This document shows, piece after piece, positions 37,224 to 46,618 of a stretch of 64,000 bases of DNA; position 1 is the first letter of the stretch; each line of letters starts with the position of its first letter. The notes under the pieces were generated by a model, which did not search any database, was not told the DNA's origin, and saw nothing but the letters and a program-made list of their open reading frames with translations. The DNA is from Myxococcota bacterium. Its GTDB lineage: Bacteria; Myxococcota_A; UBA9160; UBA6930. Where the stretch lies: contig OZ245002.1 of NCBI GenBank assembly GCA_965223415.1, positions 3,808,001 to 3,872,000 of the forward strand. Direction: 5' to 3'. The translations under genes were made by a program, and so were the position numbers.

Positions 37224-38285
37224 TCAACGCGGCGCCACCTCCGTAAAGACGGCCAGCTGCAGCACGTATTCGCCGATGTGCAGGCGGCCGTCGTCGCCGA
37301 TGCCGCCCAGGGCCTTCTTGGCGTTCTGGCGCTCGTACTCGGAGCGCCCGATCGCATTGACGTTGTTGAAGACGTCGAGGGCGGCGGTCACGAGGCGCAG
37401 GTCGTCGCGGCCCGGGATCTCCTGCACGGCCTTCGTTGTGAGGGTGGCGGAGAGGAACTCCGGCGGCACCGGCGCAGCGGTGGTGGCGTGTTCCTCTTCC
37501 CGGACCTGCTCGGTCAGGTACACCGGCGCGATGTGCCGGGCCACGTCGAGACCGAGCAGCGCCGCGCACTGGAACTGGGCCGCGTAGTTGTAGACGCCGT
37601 AGAGCAGGGTCAGGAGCCCCCAGACGATGTAGCTCGAATCCCGGGTGTAGTGGGTCTTGGCCAGGTTCCCGAGCCCGCGGGTGATCCAGAAGATCTCGTC
37701 GGGGCGGAGCACCGAGATGCGCCCGGTCGGGAGCACTTCCCCTTCGCGGAAGTCCTCGGCGACCAGGGCGCCGGGCGTTCGCTTCACCCGGGCGCCGGCC
37801 GGCGGCAGCGCCGCGGCCGCCCCGTCGAAGGCCACCTCGATCTTCTCCCGGTCGTCGAGCGGCGTGCCGTCGTCCGGGAAGGCGTAGCTCCGGCGGCCGT
37901 TCACGATGCACTCGCGGGTCCAGGTGAGGGTGTCGCCGATGGTGCTGCGCACCTGGCAGACGCCAGTGGTGGCGCCATGCTCGCGGAACTTGCGGCCGAG
38001 GACCCGGGTCTCGGCCTCGACGTCGAGGGAGGTCGGCGCCTTGCGGAACAGCACGTTCTTGGCGCCCAGGTTGGCGGGAGAGTTCTCCGACACCGCCGTC
38101 GTCTTGCAGAACGCCGCCAGCTTGAAATAGATGGGGTCGAGGGTGCCCTCGGGCCGCCAGAAGAGCCGCCCGAAGCGCGCCTCGAAAGCCTCGGGGGAGA
38201 CCTCGAGCCCGCGACCCACGGCGCCGCCCGGCACGTCCAGCCCCGGCTTCAGATCCTCGATGAAGAGCCCGGTTTCCTCGGCCAC
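37224..38285 (-). CDS. Divergent mesaconyl-CoA hydratase-like double-hotdog (MaoC) protein
   Basis: GLFIEDLKPG, FCKT..VSENSPANLG, AETRVLG...TGVCQVRS, EDFREGE, TRGLGNLAKTHY parallel recalled Mch blocks; 353 aa. Confidence 0.65.
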   Translation of the reverse strand: MAEETGLFIEDLKPGLDVPGGAVGRGLEVSPEAFEARFGRLFWRPEGTLDPIYFKLAAFCKTTAVSENSPANLGAKNVLFRKAPTSLDVEAETRVLGRKFREHGATTGVCQVRSTIGDTLTWTRECIVNGRRSYAFPDDGTPLDDREKIEVAFDGAAAALPPAGARVKRTPGALVAEDFREGEVLPTGRISVLRPDEIFWITRGLGNLAKTHYTRDSSYIVWGLLTLLYGVYNYAAQFQCAALLGLDVARHIAPVYLTEQVREEEHATTAAPVPPEFLSATLTTKAVQEIPGRDDLRLVTAALDVFNNVNAIGRSEYERQNAKKALGGIGDDGRLHIGEYVLQLAVFTEVAPR

Positions 38286-38467
38286 TGCCGCTCCTCCAGG
38301 AAAGGGGCGGATCCTACTCGTGCCCCCCCGCGGGCGCCACGAGGTCGGCCGGTGACGGACTCCGGGAAGCGTGCTGAGAGCCGGCCGGTGACGGGTCCCC
38401 GGAGGTCATCTATGCTGCCGCCCCGCCCGCGACGGGCCCCTCTCCCCAACCCCTCCCGGAGCCTCCC

Positions 38468-39604
38468 GTGATCGTCGCCGTACCCAAGGACCGTCCCGAG
38501 GAGCGTCGTGTCGCCCTCACGCCGGACGGCGCCAAGACCCTCGCTCGCCAGGAGATCGAGGTGCGCGTGCAGAGCGGCGCCGGAAGCGAGGCGGGCTTCT
38601 CCGACGCCCAGTACGAGAAGGCCGGCGCCAAGGTCGCCGGCGATGCCGTGGCCCTGTTCGGCGAGGCGGACGTGGTGCTGCGGGTGAACGCGCCCACCGG
38701 CGAGGAGCGCAGCCGGCTGCGGAGCGGCAGCGTCTGGATCTCCCTCCTGCGCCCCCTGGACGAGCCCGGGGAGGTGAAGGCCCTGGCGGAGACCGGCGTG
38801 ACGGCCTTCTCCCTCGAGATGGTGCCGCGCATCACCCGCGCCCAGTCGATGGACGTGCTCAGCTCCCAGGCCACCGTCGCCGGATACCGCGCCGTGCTGC
38901 TCGCCGCCGAGCGCCTGCCCAAGATGTTCCCGATGCTGGTGACCGCCGCGGGCACGAGCTCGCCGGCCCGGGTGTTCGTGATCGGCGCCGGCGTGGCCGG
39001 CCTGCAGGCGATCGCCACCGCCAAGCGCCTCGGCGCCGTGGTGGAGGCCTACGACACCCGCGCCGCCGCCGCCGAGCAGGTGGAGAGCGTCGGCGCCAAG
39101 TTCGTCGTGCTCGATCTCGACGCCGGCGATGCCGAGGATGCCGGCGGCTACGCCCGCGAGCAGACCGAGGAGTTCTACGCCGCCCAGCGCAAGCTGATGG
39201 CGGAGAAGGCGGCGGCCAGCGACATCGTGATCACCACCGCCCTCGTGCCCGGTCGTCCGGCGCCGCAGCTCCTCGACGAGGGTGGCGTGGCCGGCATGGC
39301 CGCCGGCTCCGTCATCGTGGATCTGGCCGCGCCGAACGGCGGCAACTGCGCGGGAACCCGTGCCGGTGAAGACGTCGTCGTGGGCGGCGTGCACGTGCTC
39401 GGTCCCCTGAACCTGGCCGGCGAGCTGCCCTTCGACGCGAGCCAGATGTTCAGCAAGAACATCGTGACCTTCCTCCAGAACCTGATCGGTGAGGAGGGGG
39501 CGCTCGCGATCGACCCGGAGGACGAGATCGTGGCGGGCTCCCTCGTCGCGAAGGACGGCGCCGTCGTACACCCGGTCGTACTCGACAAGCTTGGAGGAAG
39601 CTGA
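38468..39604 (+). CDS. pntAA: NAD(P) transhydrogenase alpha subunit, part 1 (domain I)
   Basis: ERRVALTP, VPRITRAQSMDVLSSQA, IGAGVAGLQAIATA, ITTALVPG, GGNC. Confidence 0.95.
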   Translation: MIVAVPKDRPEERRVALTPDGAKTLARQEIEVRVQSGAGSEAGFSDAQYEKAGAKVAGDAVALFGEADVVLRVNAPTGEERSRLRSGSVWISLLRPLDEPGEVKALAETGVTAFSLEMVPRITRAQSMDVLSSQATVAGYRAVLLAAERLPKMFPMLVTAAGTSSPARVFVIGAGVAGLQAIATAKRLGAVVEAYDTRAAAAEQVESVGAKFVVLDLDAGDAEDAGGYAREQTEEFYAAQRKLMAEKAAASDIVITTALVPGRPAPQLLDEGGVAGMAAGSVIVDLAAPNGGNCAGTRAGEDVVVGGVHVLGPLNLAGELPFDASQMFSKNIVTFLQNLIGEEGALAIDPEDEIVAGSLVAKDGAVVHPVVLDKLGGS

Positions 39605-39907
39605 ATGCTCTCCGATCCGGCCGTCGCCCTCACGGTGCTGGTCCTGTCCCTGTTCGTCGGCATCGAGGTCATCTCGAAGGTGCCGCCGCTGCTCCACACG
39701 CCCCTCATGTCCGGCTCGAATGCGATCTCCGGCATCACCATCGTGGGCGCGCTCATCGCGGTGACCTCCGACAACCCGGTCGTCTCGACCTGGTTCGGCT
39801 TCGCCGCGGTGGTGTTCGCCACGATCAACGTGGTGGGGGGCTTCCTGGTGACGAACCGCATGCTCGCCATGTTCAAGCCCAAGCAGATCGAAGGCGGAGA
39901 CAAGTGA
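39605..39907 (+). CDS. pntAB: NAD(P) transhydrogenase alpha subunit, part 2
   Basis: VPPLLHTPLMSGSNAISG, NVVGGFLVTNRMLAMF. Confidence 0.95.
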   Translation: MLSDPAVALTVLVLSLFVGIEVISKVPPLLHTPLMSGSNAISGITIVGALIAVTSDNPVVSTWFGFAAVVFATINVVGGFLVTNRMLAMFKPKQIEGGDK

Positions 39908-41292
39908 GCGTCACCGCCCTGCAGATCGCCTACCTGGCGGCGGCGGTCCTGTTCATCGTCGGCCTGAAGATGCTCTCGTCGGCGAAGACCGCCGCCCGGG
40001 GCAACGCCATCGCCGCGTTCGGCATGGGCGTGGCCATCGTCACCACCCTCGTCGGCCAGGGCGTCCTGGGCTGGGAGTTCATCGTCGGCGGCGTCCTGCT
40101 CGGCTCGGTGATCGGCGCCTTCGCCGCCCTGCGCGTGCAGATGACCGCCATGCCGGAGATGGTGGCGCTCCTGAACGGCTCCGGCGGCGCCGCCTCGGCC
40201 CTGGTCGCCGGCGCCGAGCTGCTCTCCTACGCGAACCGCAGCCAGGTGCCGGACGGTGTCGTGTCCACCGCGATCGTGCTCTCCACCCTGATCGGTGCCG
40301 TCACGGTGACCGGCAGCGTGATCGCCTTCCTGAAGCTGGCCGAGAAGATGCCGGGCCAGCCCATCACCTATCCCGGCCAGCAGTTCGTGAACGCGATCAT
40401 CGGCCTCGGGGTGGTGGCCCTGTGCGTGATGGTGGCGACGAGCCCCCTCGAGCTCGGCCCGTACTGGATCCTGGCCGGCGTGGCGCTGGTGCTCGGCATC
40501 CTGCTCGTCATCCCGATCGGCGGCGCCGACATGCCCGTCGTCATCTCGCTCTTGAACTCCTATTCGGGGCTTGCGGCCTGCGCCACGGGCTTCGTGCTGA
40601 ACAACTCGGGGCTGGTGATCAGCGGCTCCCTGGTGGGCGCGTCGGGCCTGATCCTCACCAAGATCATGTGCGACGCCATGAACCGGTCCCTCGCCAACGT
40701 GCTCTTCGGCGCCTTCGGCGCGGCGCCGGAAGGCGGTGCCGCGGCCGCGGGCGAGCAGGGCACGGTGAAGGGCTACACGGCGGACGACGCCGCGGTGATC
40801 TTCAGCAACGCCCGCTCCTGCATCGTCGTCCCCGGCTACGGCATGGCGGTGGCCCAGGCCCAGCATGCGGTGCGCGAGCTGGCGGATCTCCTCGAGGAGA
40901 AGGGCATCGAGTGCCGCTTCGCGATCCATCCGGTCGCGGGCCGCATGCCCGGGCACATGAACGTGCTGCTGGCCGAGGCGGACGTCAGCTACGAAAAGCT
41001 GATCGAGATGGACGAGATCAATCCGGAGTTCCCCCAGACCGACGTGGCCCTGGTGCTCGGCGCCAACGACGTCGTGAACCCGTCGGCCCGGGCCGACACC
41101 GGGAGCCCGATCTACGGCATGCCGATCCTGGACGTGGATCGCGCCCAGCACGTGTTCGTCATCAAGCGTTCCATGAACCCGGGCTTCGCCGGCGTCCAGA
41201 ACCCGCTCTTCTTCAACGAGAACACGATGATGATCTTCGGCGACGCCAAGGGCACCGTGCTCGCCCTGGTCGACGCCGTCCGCGAGTACTGA
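39904..41292 (+). CDS. pntB: NAD(P) transhydrogenase beta subunit
   Basis: MPEMVALLNG, IGGADMPVVISLLNSYSG, PGYGMAVAQAQH, HPVAGRMPGHMNVLLAEA, GANDVVNP. Confidence 0.97.
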   Translation: MSVTALQIAYLAAAVLFIVGLKMLSSAKTAARGNAIAAFGMGVAIVTTLVGQGVLGWEFIVGGVLLGSVIGAFAALRVQMTAMPEMVALLNGSGGAASALVAGAELLSYANRSQVPDGVVSTAIVLSTLIGAVTVTGSVIAFLKLAEKMPGQPITYPGQQFVNAIIGLGVVALCVMVATSPLELGPYWILAGVALVLGILLVIPIGGADMPVVISLLNSYSGLAACATGFVLNNSGLVISGSLVGASGLILTKIMCDAMNRSLANVLFGAFGAAPEGGAAAAGEQGTVKGYTADDAAVIFSNARSCIVVPGYGMAVAQAQHAVRELADLLEEKGIECRFAIHPVAGRMPGHMNVLLAEADVSYEKLIEMDEINPEFPQTDVALVLGANDVVNPSARADTGSPIYGMPILDVDRAQHVFVIKRSMNPGFAGVQNPLFFNENTMMIFGDAKGTVLALVDAVREY

Positions 41293-41295
41293 GCG

Positions 41296-41997
41296 ATGCC
41301 GGGCGAGGCGCATCCGTTCGGGTTCCTCGTCCATCCGGGGGGCGGCCCCCATCCCGGCGTCGTGCTGATTCCCGACGTCTGGGGCCTCTCGGACCTGTAC
41401 GAGCGACTGGCCACGCGGCTCTCGGAGGAGGGCTTCGCCGTGCTCGTGGTCGATCCCTACCGCAAGACCGGTCGCGGCGAGTTCTCGGACCCGGCCGGCG
41501 CCATGGCCTTCATCCGGGAGCTCTCGGACCCGCTCGTGATCGAGACCGTCCAGGAGGCGGTCGACGACCTGGCGGGCCAGCCGGCGGTGGCGGGTCGCAA
41601 GGTGGGCGTGATCGGCTTCTGCATGGGAGGCATGTACGCGCTGCACGCCGCCTGCAGCTGCAGCGGGGTCTCCGCCGCCGCTCCCTTCTACGGGATGGTC
41701 CGCAACGAGCCCGGCCTCGACCCCGAGAAGAAGCCCCGTTCGCCCATCGACGCCCTGGGCGAGCTCCGCTGTCCGGTGCTCGGTCTGTACGGCGAGGAGG
41801 ATGCGATCATCCCCGTCCGGGACGTCCGCGACCTGGAGGCCGCCCTGGCCGCGGGTCCCCACGACGGTGCGGTCCACCTCTACGCCGGTGCCGGCCACGC
41901 CTTCCTGAACGACACGCGGGAGGACGCCTACCGGCCGGAGCAGGCGGCCGACGCCTGGGCGAAGCTCGTGCCGTTCCTTCGAGAGAAGCTCGGCTAG
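41296..41997 (+). CDS. Dienelactone hydrolase family protein
   Basis: GFCMGG nucleophile, YGEED, AGHAF. Confidence 0.9.
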   Translation: MPGEAHPFGFLVHPGGGPHPGVVLIPDVWGLSDLYERLATRLSEEGFAVLVVDPYRKTGRGEFSDPAGAMAFIRELSDPLVIETVQEAVDDLAGQPAVAGRKVGVIGFCMGGMYALHAACSCSGVSAAAPFYGMVRNEPGLDPEKKPRSPIDALGELRCPVLGLYGEEDAIIPVRDVRDLEAALAAGPHDGAVHLYAGAGHAFLNDTREDAYRPEQAADAWAKLVPFLREKLG

Positions 41998-42183
41998 AGG
42001 CCCGGCTCCCCCCTGATCCCTGCCCCGTCGATCCGGATTGGATTGCGGGACTCCATTCCTGGCGATTCCCTCGAGGCGCCCCCGCGACGCGGGGCCGGCC
42101 GTCCCGGGGATCCCCGTGGCACCGGGGATGGGGGCGGCCGCAGGGCCGGCGGTTGCCCCCATTCGTCCGCCCCGGTGTCGGCC

Positions 42184-42918
42184 CTAGGGCGCGGAGGCGC
42201 TCCGGGCCCGGGCCACGCACAACGCCAGGGTTCGCGTGCGCGTCGCGAAGCGCGTGATCCGCGTGTCGACCCGGACCTCCCGGCCCTCGCCGTCGCGCAG
42301 GCGCCCGGAGAAGTGGCGGGCTCCGTCGCCCTCGGCGATCGCGTCGAGCTCGGTCCACCATCCGGCCCGGTCCGGCTCGGGGACGAAGCCCATCGCGTCG
42401 GCGCCGACGAGCGCATCGCGGGTGGTGGCGAGGAGCGCACCGGCGGCCGGGTTCGCATCGGCGATGCGGCCGGATTCCGGGTCGATGGCGAGGAAGGCAT
42501 CGCCGATGCGATCGATGGCCGCCGAGACGGCCCGGCGACGGGACGGCCGAGGAGCGCCCGAGGCCCGGACCGCCGGCGCGGTCGCCCGCACCGCCTCGCG
42601 GAACCGCGCGACCAGGGGCTCCAGCCGCGCGCTCACCCGCGGAGCCTCCGGCCCCGCGACGGCGCACGCGCCCGCCAGCCACGCGTCCAGGATCGGCCCC
42701 ATGCGCCGCGCGCGAAGGCGCAGCCCCTCGAGGGAGGGCGCGGCGTCGTCGCCCTGGGCCAACGCCATCACGGCGAAGGAGCGCAGCCGGCGCAGGGCCT
42801 CCGCCTCGGTGCTCCCGGCCGCCGGCAGGCCCCGGTCGCGGAGCTCCGCTGCCATCGCCCCTTCGATGGCGCGCCGCTGGCCCAGGAGCCAGGACGCGAG
42901 CTGACGATCGCCCCCCAC
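42184..42918 (-). CDS. PAS-domain-containing protein
   Basis: C-terminal PAS (DAFLAIDPESGRIADANPAAGALL...LVG...LRDGEGREVRV); GTG at 42918 preceded by TACGCT. Confidence 0.7.
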   Translation of the reverse strand: MGGDRQLASWLLGQRRAIEGAMAAELRDRGLPAAGSTEAEALRRLRSFAVMALAQGDDAAPSLEGLRLRARRMGPILDAWLAGACAVAGPEAPRVSARLEPLVARFREAVRATAPAVRASGAPRPSRRRAVSAAIDRIGDAFLAIDPESGRIADANPAAGALLATTRDALVGADAMGFVPEPDRAGWWTELDAIAEGDGARHFSGRLRDGEGREVRVDTRITRFATRTRTLALCVARARSASAP

Positions 42919-42972
42919 CGCTGGAGCGTAGCCGTGCTCAACCGGCGCCGCGCCCGTGCCGATACGCATTCC

Positions 42973-43641
42973 ATGGCCGCACCGACCTCCCGCGAGGATC
43001 TCCCGCCGCCGCGCCACCTCATCCTGGTGTTCGCGCGGGAGGAGGCCTTCGTGCCCATGACCCGCACGATCCTCTCCCGGCTCGGCTACGCGCTCCTCGA
43101 TCCGGAGATGTGGACGGAGTCGAGCTACTGGGCCGAGCGCGAGCCCCAGCTCCTCGTGGTGGACGAGCCCCGCATGGACGAGGTGCGGGCCCTCCGCGCC
43201 CATCGCGGGACGCCCATCCTCCTTCTCTCCGGCCGTCGCGGGGCGCCTCCGGAAGCGCCTCGGCTGCTCGGCGCCGTCCACAAGCCCGCAGGTCTCCACG
43301 AGCTCTACCGCCTGCTCCAGCAGGCCCTCGAGGAGACGCCGCGAACGGCGCCGCGGGTGGCGATCGACCTGCCAGCCCAGGTGCGCCGCGACGGCCAGGA
43401 GTGGGCCGGCGAGGTTCTCTCGCTCTCGGAGAGCGGCTGTCTGCTGCGCACCAGCCAGCCCCTGCCTCTGGGCAGTGCCATCGAGCTCTCCTTCGAGCTG
43501 CCGGGCGGCGACCGCATCGACACCCGGGCCGCCTCGACCTATCAGCTCCTGCCAGACACGGGCCTCGTCTTCGAGGCCACGCCCCCTGCCGGGCGCCGGG
43601 CCATCGCCCAGTTCGTCGAGCGCAGGCTCATCGCCGCCTGA
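42973..43641 (+). CDS. Receiver-like plus PilZ-domain protein
   Basis: PQLLVVD/PILLLS/VHKP receiver-like remnants; RTAPR and SLSESG PilZ motifs. Confidence 0.78.
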   Translation: MAAPTSREDLPPPRHLILVFAREEAFVPMTRTILSRLGYALLDPEMWTESSYWAEREPQLLVVDEPRMDEVRALRAHRGTPILLLSGRRGAPPEAPRLLGAVHKPAGLHELYRLLQQALEETPRTAPRVAIDLPAQVRRDGQEWAGEVLSLSESGCLLRTSQPLPLGSAIELSFELPGGDRIDTRAASTYQLLPDTGLVFEATPPAGRRAIAQFVERRLIAA

Positions 43642-43648
43642 GGCCCGG

Positions 43649-44437
43649 CTACCTCCCGGGTCCGCTCCCCACTCCCTTGAAGAGCGGCATGTTCGATTCG
43701 GTCGCCACGTAGACCACGTTCGGGTTCTCGTTCAGCGTCTGGATCCACAGATAGTGAAGGTAGGAGTTGCTGAGCGTCGAGTTGATGATCTTCTGGGCCT
43801 CGGCCGCGCCTTTGGCCCGGGCGACCTCGATCTCGGCCTCCTTCTTCGCCTGCTCCAGCTCGAACTGCTTCTGCTGCACCCGCTGCTCGGCGGTCAGCTT
43901 GGCCTCGATGCTCTCCCGGAAGCGTTGGGGCAGCTGGATGTCGCGGAGCAGCACGTCGACCACGGTCACGCCGCGGGGCTCGAGGCTCTCCTTGAGACGC
44001 GCCTGGATGCGCGTCGCGATCTGCTGGCGCCCCTCTTCCGAGTAGATGTTGCGCACCGGGTACGCGGAGACCACGTCGCGCAGGGCGCTCCGGAAGTAGG
44101 GCACGACCAGCTTGTCGATGTAGTCCCAGCCGACCGTCTTGCGGATCTGGGGCGCCGTGTCGGGCCGCACCTGGAAGAGCAGGGAGGTCTCGAGCTTGAC
44201 GATCATCCCCTCGGACGAGGGAACGGTGGTCGCCTCCTTGCGCTCCTGGAGCTTGACGTTCCAGGTCTCGATCTGGCGCGCGACCGGGATCACGAAGGTG
44301 ACGCCCTGGGAGACCGGATCGTCGGCGATCGCGCCGAAGCTCTTCTGGACTCCGACCTCGCCGTCCTCGATGACGACGCAGGCCGGGAGCACGAGCAGCA
44401 AGAGAAGCAGGGCTGTGGTCTGGACGGTGCGATGCAT
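43649..44437 (-). CDS. SPFH/prohibitin family protein
   Basis: IEDGEVGV, SALRDVV, LLRDIQLP, IEAKLTAEQ coiled coil; LPAC possible lipobox. Confidence 0.9.
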   Translation of the reverse strand: MHRTVQTTALLLLLLVLPACVVIEDGEVGVQKSFGAIADDPVSQGVTFVIPVARQIETWNVKLQERKEATTVPSSEGMIVKLETSLLFQVRPDTAPQIRKTVGWDYIDKLVVPYFRSALRDVVSAYPVRNIYSEEGRQQIATRIQARLKESLEPRGVTVVDVLLRDIQLPQRFRESIEAKLTAEQRVQQKQFELEQAKKEAEIEVARAKGAAEAQKIINSTLSNSYLHYLWIQTLNENPNVVYVATESNMPLFKGVGSGPGR

Positions 44438-44508
44438 GGCGGTTCTCCTCAGGTGGGTGGACGGAGCCGCCCGAGGATACACTCGGCCGACCACGGCGAG
44501 GAGCCCCG

Positions 44509-45699
44509 ATGAGCGACGCATGGCGCGAGTTCGATCTCTTCCATCCGACCCCGGAGCATCGGCTCCTGGCGGATACCCTGCGTGAGTTCGTGGCTCGCGA
44601 GGTCGAGCCCCAGGCCGCCGAGCACGACCGCCGCGAGGCCTTCAACCTGGCGCTCTTCCGCCAGGCGGGCGAGCTGGGGCTGCTGGGCATCACCCTGCCC
44701 GAGGAGCTGGGCGGAGCCGGCATGGACGCGACGGCGGCGGTGCAGGTGATGGAGGCGCTCTGCACCTCCGATCCCGGCTTCGGGCTGGCCGTGCTCGCCC
44801 ACGCGATCCTGTTCGCCCAGAACGTCAACGTGAACGGCAACGAGCTGCAGCGCAAGCACGTGCTGCCGAAGGCCGCCAGCGGCGAGTGGGTGGGCGGCCT
44901 GTGCATGACCGAGCCGCAGGTCGGCACCGACGTGCTCTCGCTGCGCACGAAGGCCGTCCGGGACGGCGACGAGTACGTGCTGGACGGGGTGAAGACCTTC
45001 ATCACCAACGGCGGCATCGACGACCAGACCCTCGGCGACTGCTTCGTCGTCTACGCGGCCACCGCACCCGGCGAGATCTCGAGCTTCCTGGTCGAGAAGG
45101 GCGACCCGGGCTTCCGGCTCGGCCAGAAGTGGATCGACAAGCTCGGCATGCGGGCGTCGTTCACGGCGGAGCTGGTCTTCCAGCAGGTGCGGATTCCCCT
45201 CGCGCGCCGCATGGGAGAGGAGGGCCAGGGCACGCTCCAGATGATGCGCAACCTGGAGGTCGAGCGGCTCGCCCTTGCCGCCATGGCCCTGGGCATCGCC
45301 CAGCGCTCCCTGCAGGTGATGGTCGGCTACGCGAACGATCGCAGGGCCTTCGGCGTGCCGATCCGGGAGCACGGGCAGATCCAGCGCTACCTGGCGGAGC
45401 ACTTCGCCGCCTGGCGCTCGGCCCGCGCCTTCGTCTACGACACTGCCCGCCAGATCGACCTGGCGTCCACGGGCCAGCGCGTGCTGGCGGACGCGGCGAA
45501 GCTCGTCGCGAGCCAGATGGCCAAGGCCGCCGCCGACGCCGCCATCCAGGTGCTCGGCGGCTACGGCTACATGGGCGAGTACACCGTCGAGCGGCTGTGG
45601 CGGGACGCGAAGCTCCTCGAGATCGGCGGCGGCACGCTGGAGGCGCACCACAAGAACCTCGCGAAGGACCTGTGCCGGAACCCGGCGCTGCTGGACTGA
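44509..45699 (+). CDS. Acyl-CoA dehydrogenase (isovaleryl-CoA dehydrogenase-like)
   Basis: MTEPQVGTD, KTFITNG, KLGMRAS, LEVERL, RAFG, QVLGGYGY, WRDAKLLEIGGGT. Confidence 0.92.
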   Translation: MSDAWREFDLFHPTPEHRLLADTLREFVAREVEPQAAEHDRREAFNLALFRQAGELGLLGITLPEELGGAGMDATAAVQVMEALCTSDPGFGLAVLAHAILFAQNVNVNGNELQRKHVLPKAASGEWVGGLCMTEPQVGTDVLSLRTKAVRDGDEYVLDGVKTFITNGGIDDQTLGDCFVVYAATAPGEISSFLVEKGDPGFRLGQKWIDKLGMRASFTAELVFQQVRIPLARRMGEEGQGTLQMMRNLEVERLALAAMALGIAQRSLQVMVGYANDRRAFGVPIREHGQIQRYLAEHFAAWRSARAFVYDTARQIDLASTGQRVLADAAKLVASQMAKAAADAAIQVLGGYGYMGEYTVERLWRDAKLLEIGGGTLEAHHKNLAKDLCRNPALLD

Positions 45700-45709
45700 G
45701 AGGGAGAGC

Positions 45710-46618
45710 ATGCCGACCGGCCTTCGCACCGAGACGCAGGGTGGCGTCGCGCACATCGTGCTCGCCCGCCCCGAGGCCTACAACACGATCACGCCGGCCC
45801 TGCGTGACGAGCTGGCCGCCGCGATCGACGCCGCCGACGCCGACCGGGACGCGCGGGTGATCCTGCTCCGGGCCGAGGGGCCGGCCTTCTGTGCCGGCTA
45901 CGGCCTCGACTGGTCCACGGACGCCCAGGCCGGGGAACGCCGGGAGGGGGAGGCCGCGGCGACCGAGCCGGGGCCCGCGCCCTGGCGCCCGGGCGGCGAG
46001 CGGAGCACAGCGAAGGTGTGGGACAGCGTCGCCGACTACCGGATGATGTCGGGCTTCGCCCTGACCTACATGAAGCTCTGGTACGCGAGCAAGCCGACCC
46101 TCGCCGCCGTGCAGGGCTGGTGCATCGGCGGCGGCACGGACATGGTGCTGTGCGCGGACCTGATCGTCGCCGGCGAGGGCGCGCGCTTCGGCTATCCGCC
46201 GAGCCGGGTGTGGGGCACGCCGACGACCGCGATGTGGGTCTACCGCATGGGTCTCGAGCAGGCGAAGCGCTACTTGCTCACCGGGGACGAGATCTCCGCC
46301 GCGGAGGCGGCGCGAATGGGGATGATCCTCGAGGTGGTGCCCGACGACGCGCTGCTGGGCCACGCCACCGCACTGGCGGAACGCATGGCCCAGGTGCCGA
46401 CCAACCAGCTCGTGATGCTGAAGCTGCTCTGCAACCAGACCGCCGAGAACATGGGCCTGGCATCGAGTCGCACCCTCGGCACCCTCTTCGACGGCATTGC
46501 CCGCCACACCCAGGAGGGCCTCGACTTCGTCGCCCGGGCCGGCGAGGTGGGCTTCCGGGAGGCGGTGCGGGAGCGCGACGGCGCGCCGTTCGGCGACTAC
46601 GGCAGCCGCAAGCGCTAG
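45710..46618 (+). CDS. Crotonase/enoyl-CoA hydratase family protein
   Basis: AFCAGYGL, KPTLAAVQGWCIGGG, YLLTGD. Confidence 0.9.
   Translation: MPTGLRTETQGGVAHIVLARPEAYNTITPALRDELAAAIDAADADRDARVILLRAEGPAFCAGYGLDWSTDAQAGERREGEAAATEPGPAPWRPGGERSTAKVWDSVADYRMMSGFALTYMKLWYASKPTLAAVQGWCIGGGTDMVLCADLIVAGEGARFGYPPSRVWGTPTTAMWVYRMGLEQAKRYLLTGDEISAAEAARMGMILEVVPDDALLGHATALAERMAQVPTNQLVMLKLLCNQTAENMGLASSRTLGTLFDGIARHTQEGLDFVARAGEVGFREAVRERDGAPFGDYGSRKR

Noticed and set aside
41998..42183. 186-bp convergent intergenic region as ncRNA or element
   Set aside because: No clear repeat, long hairpin or similarity to the other elements was seen.
44509..45699. Acyl-CoA dehydrogenase as methylsuccinyl-CoA dehydrogenase
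   Set aside because: 396 aa with isovaleryl-CoA-dehydrogenase-like motifs; it lacks the N-terminal extension of Mcd.
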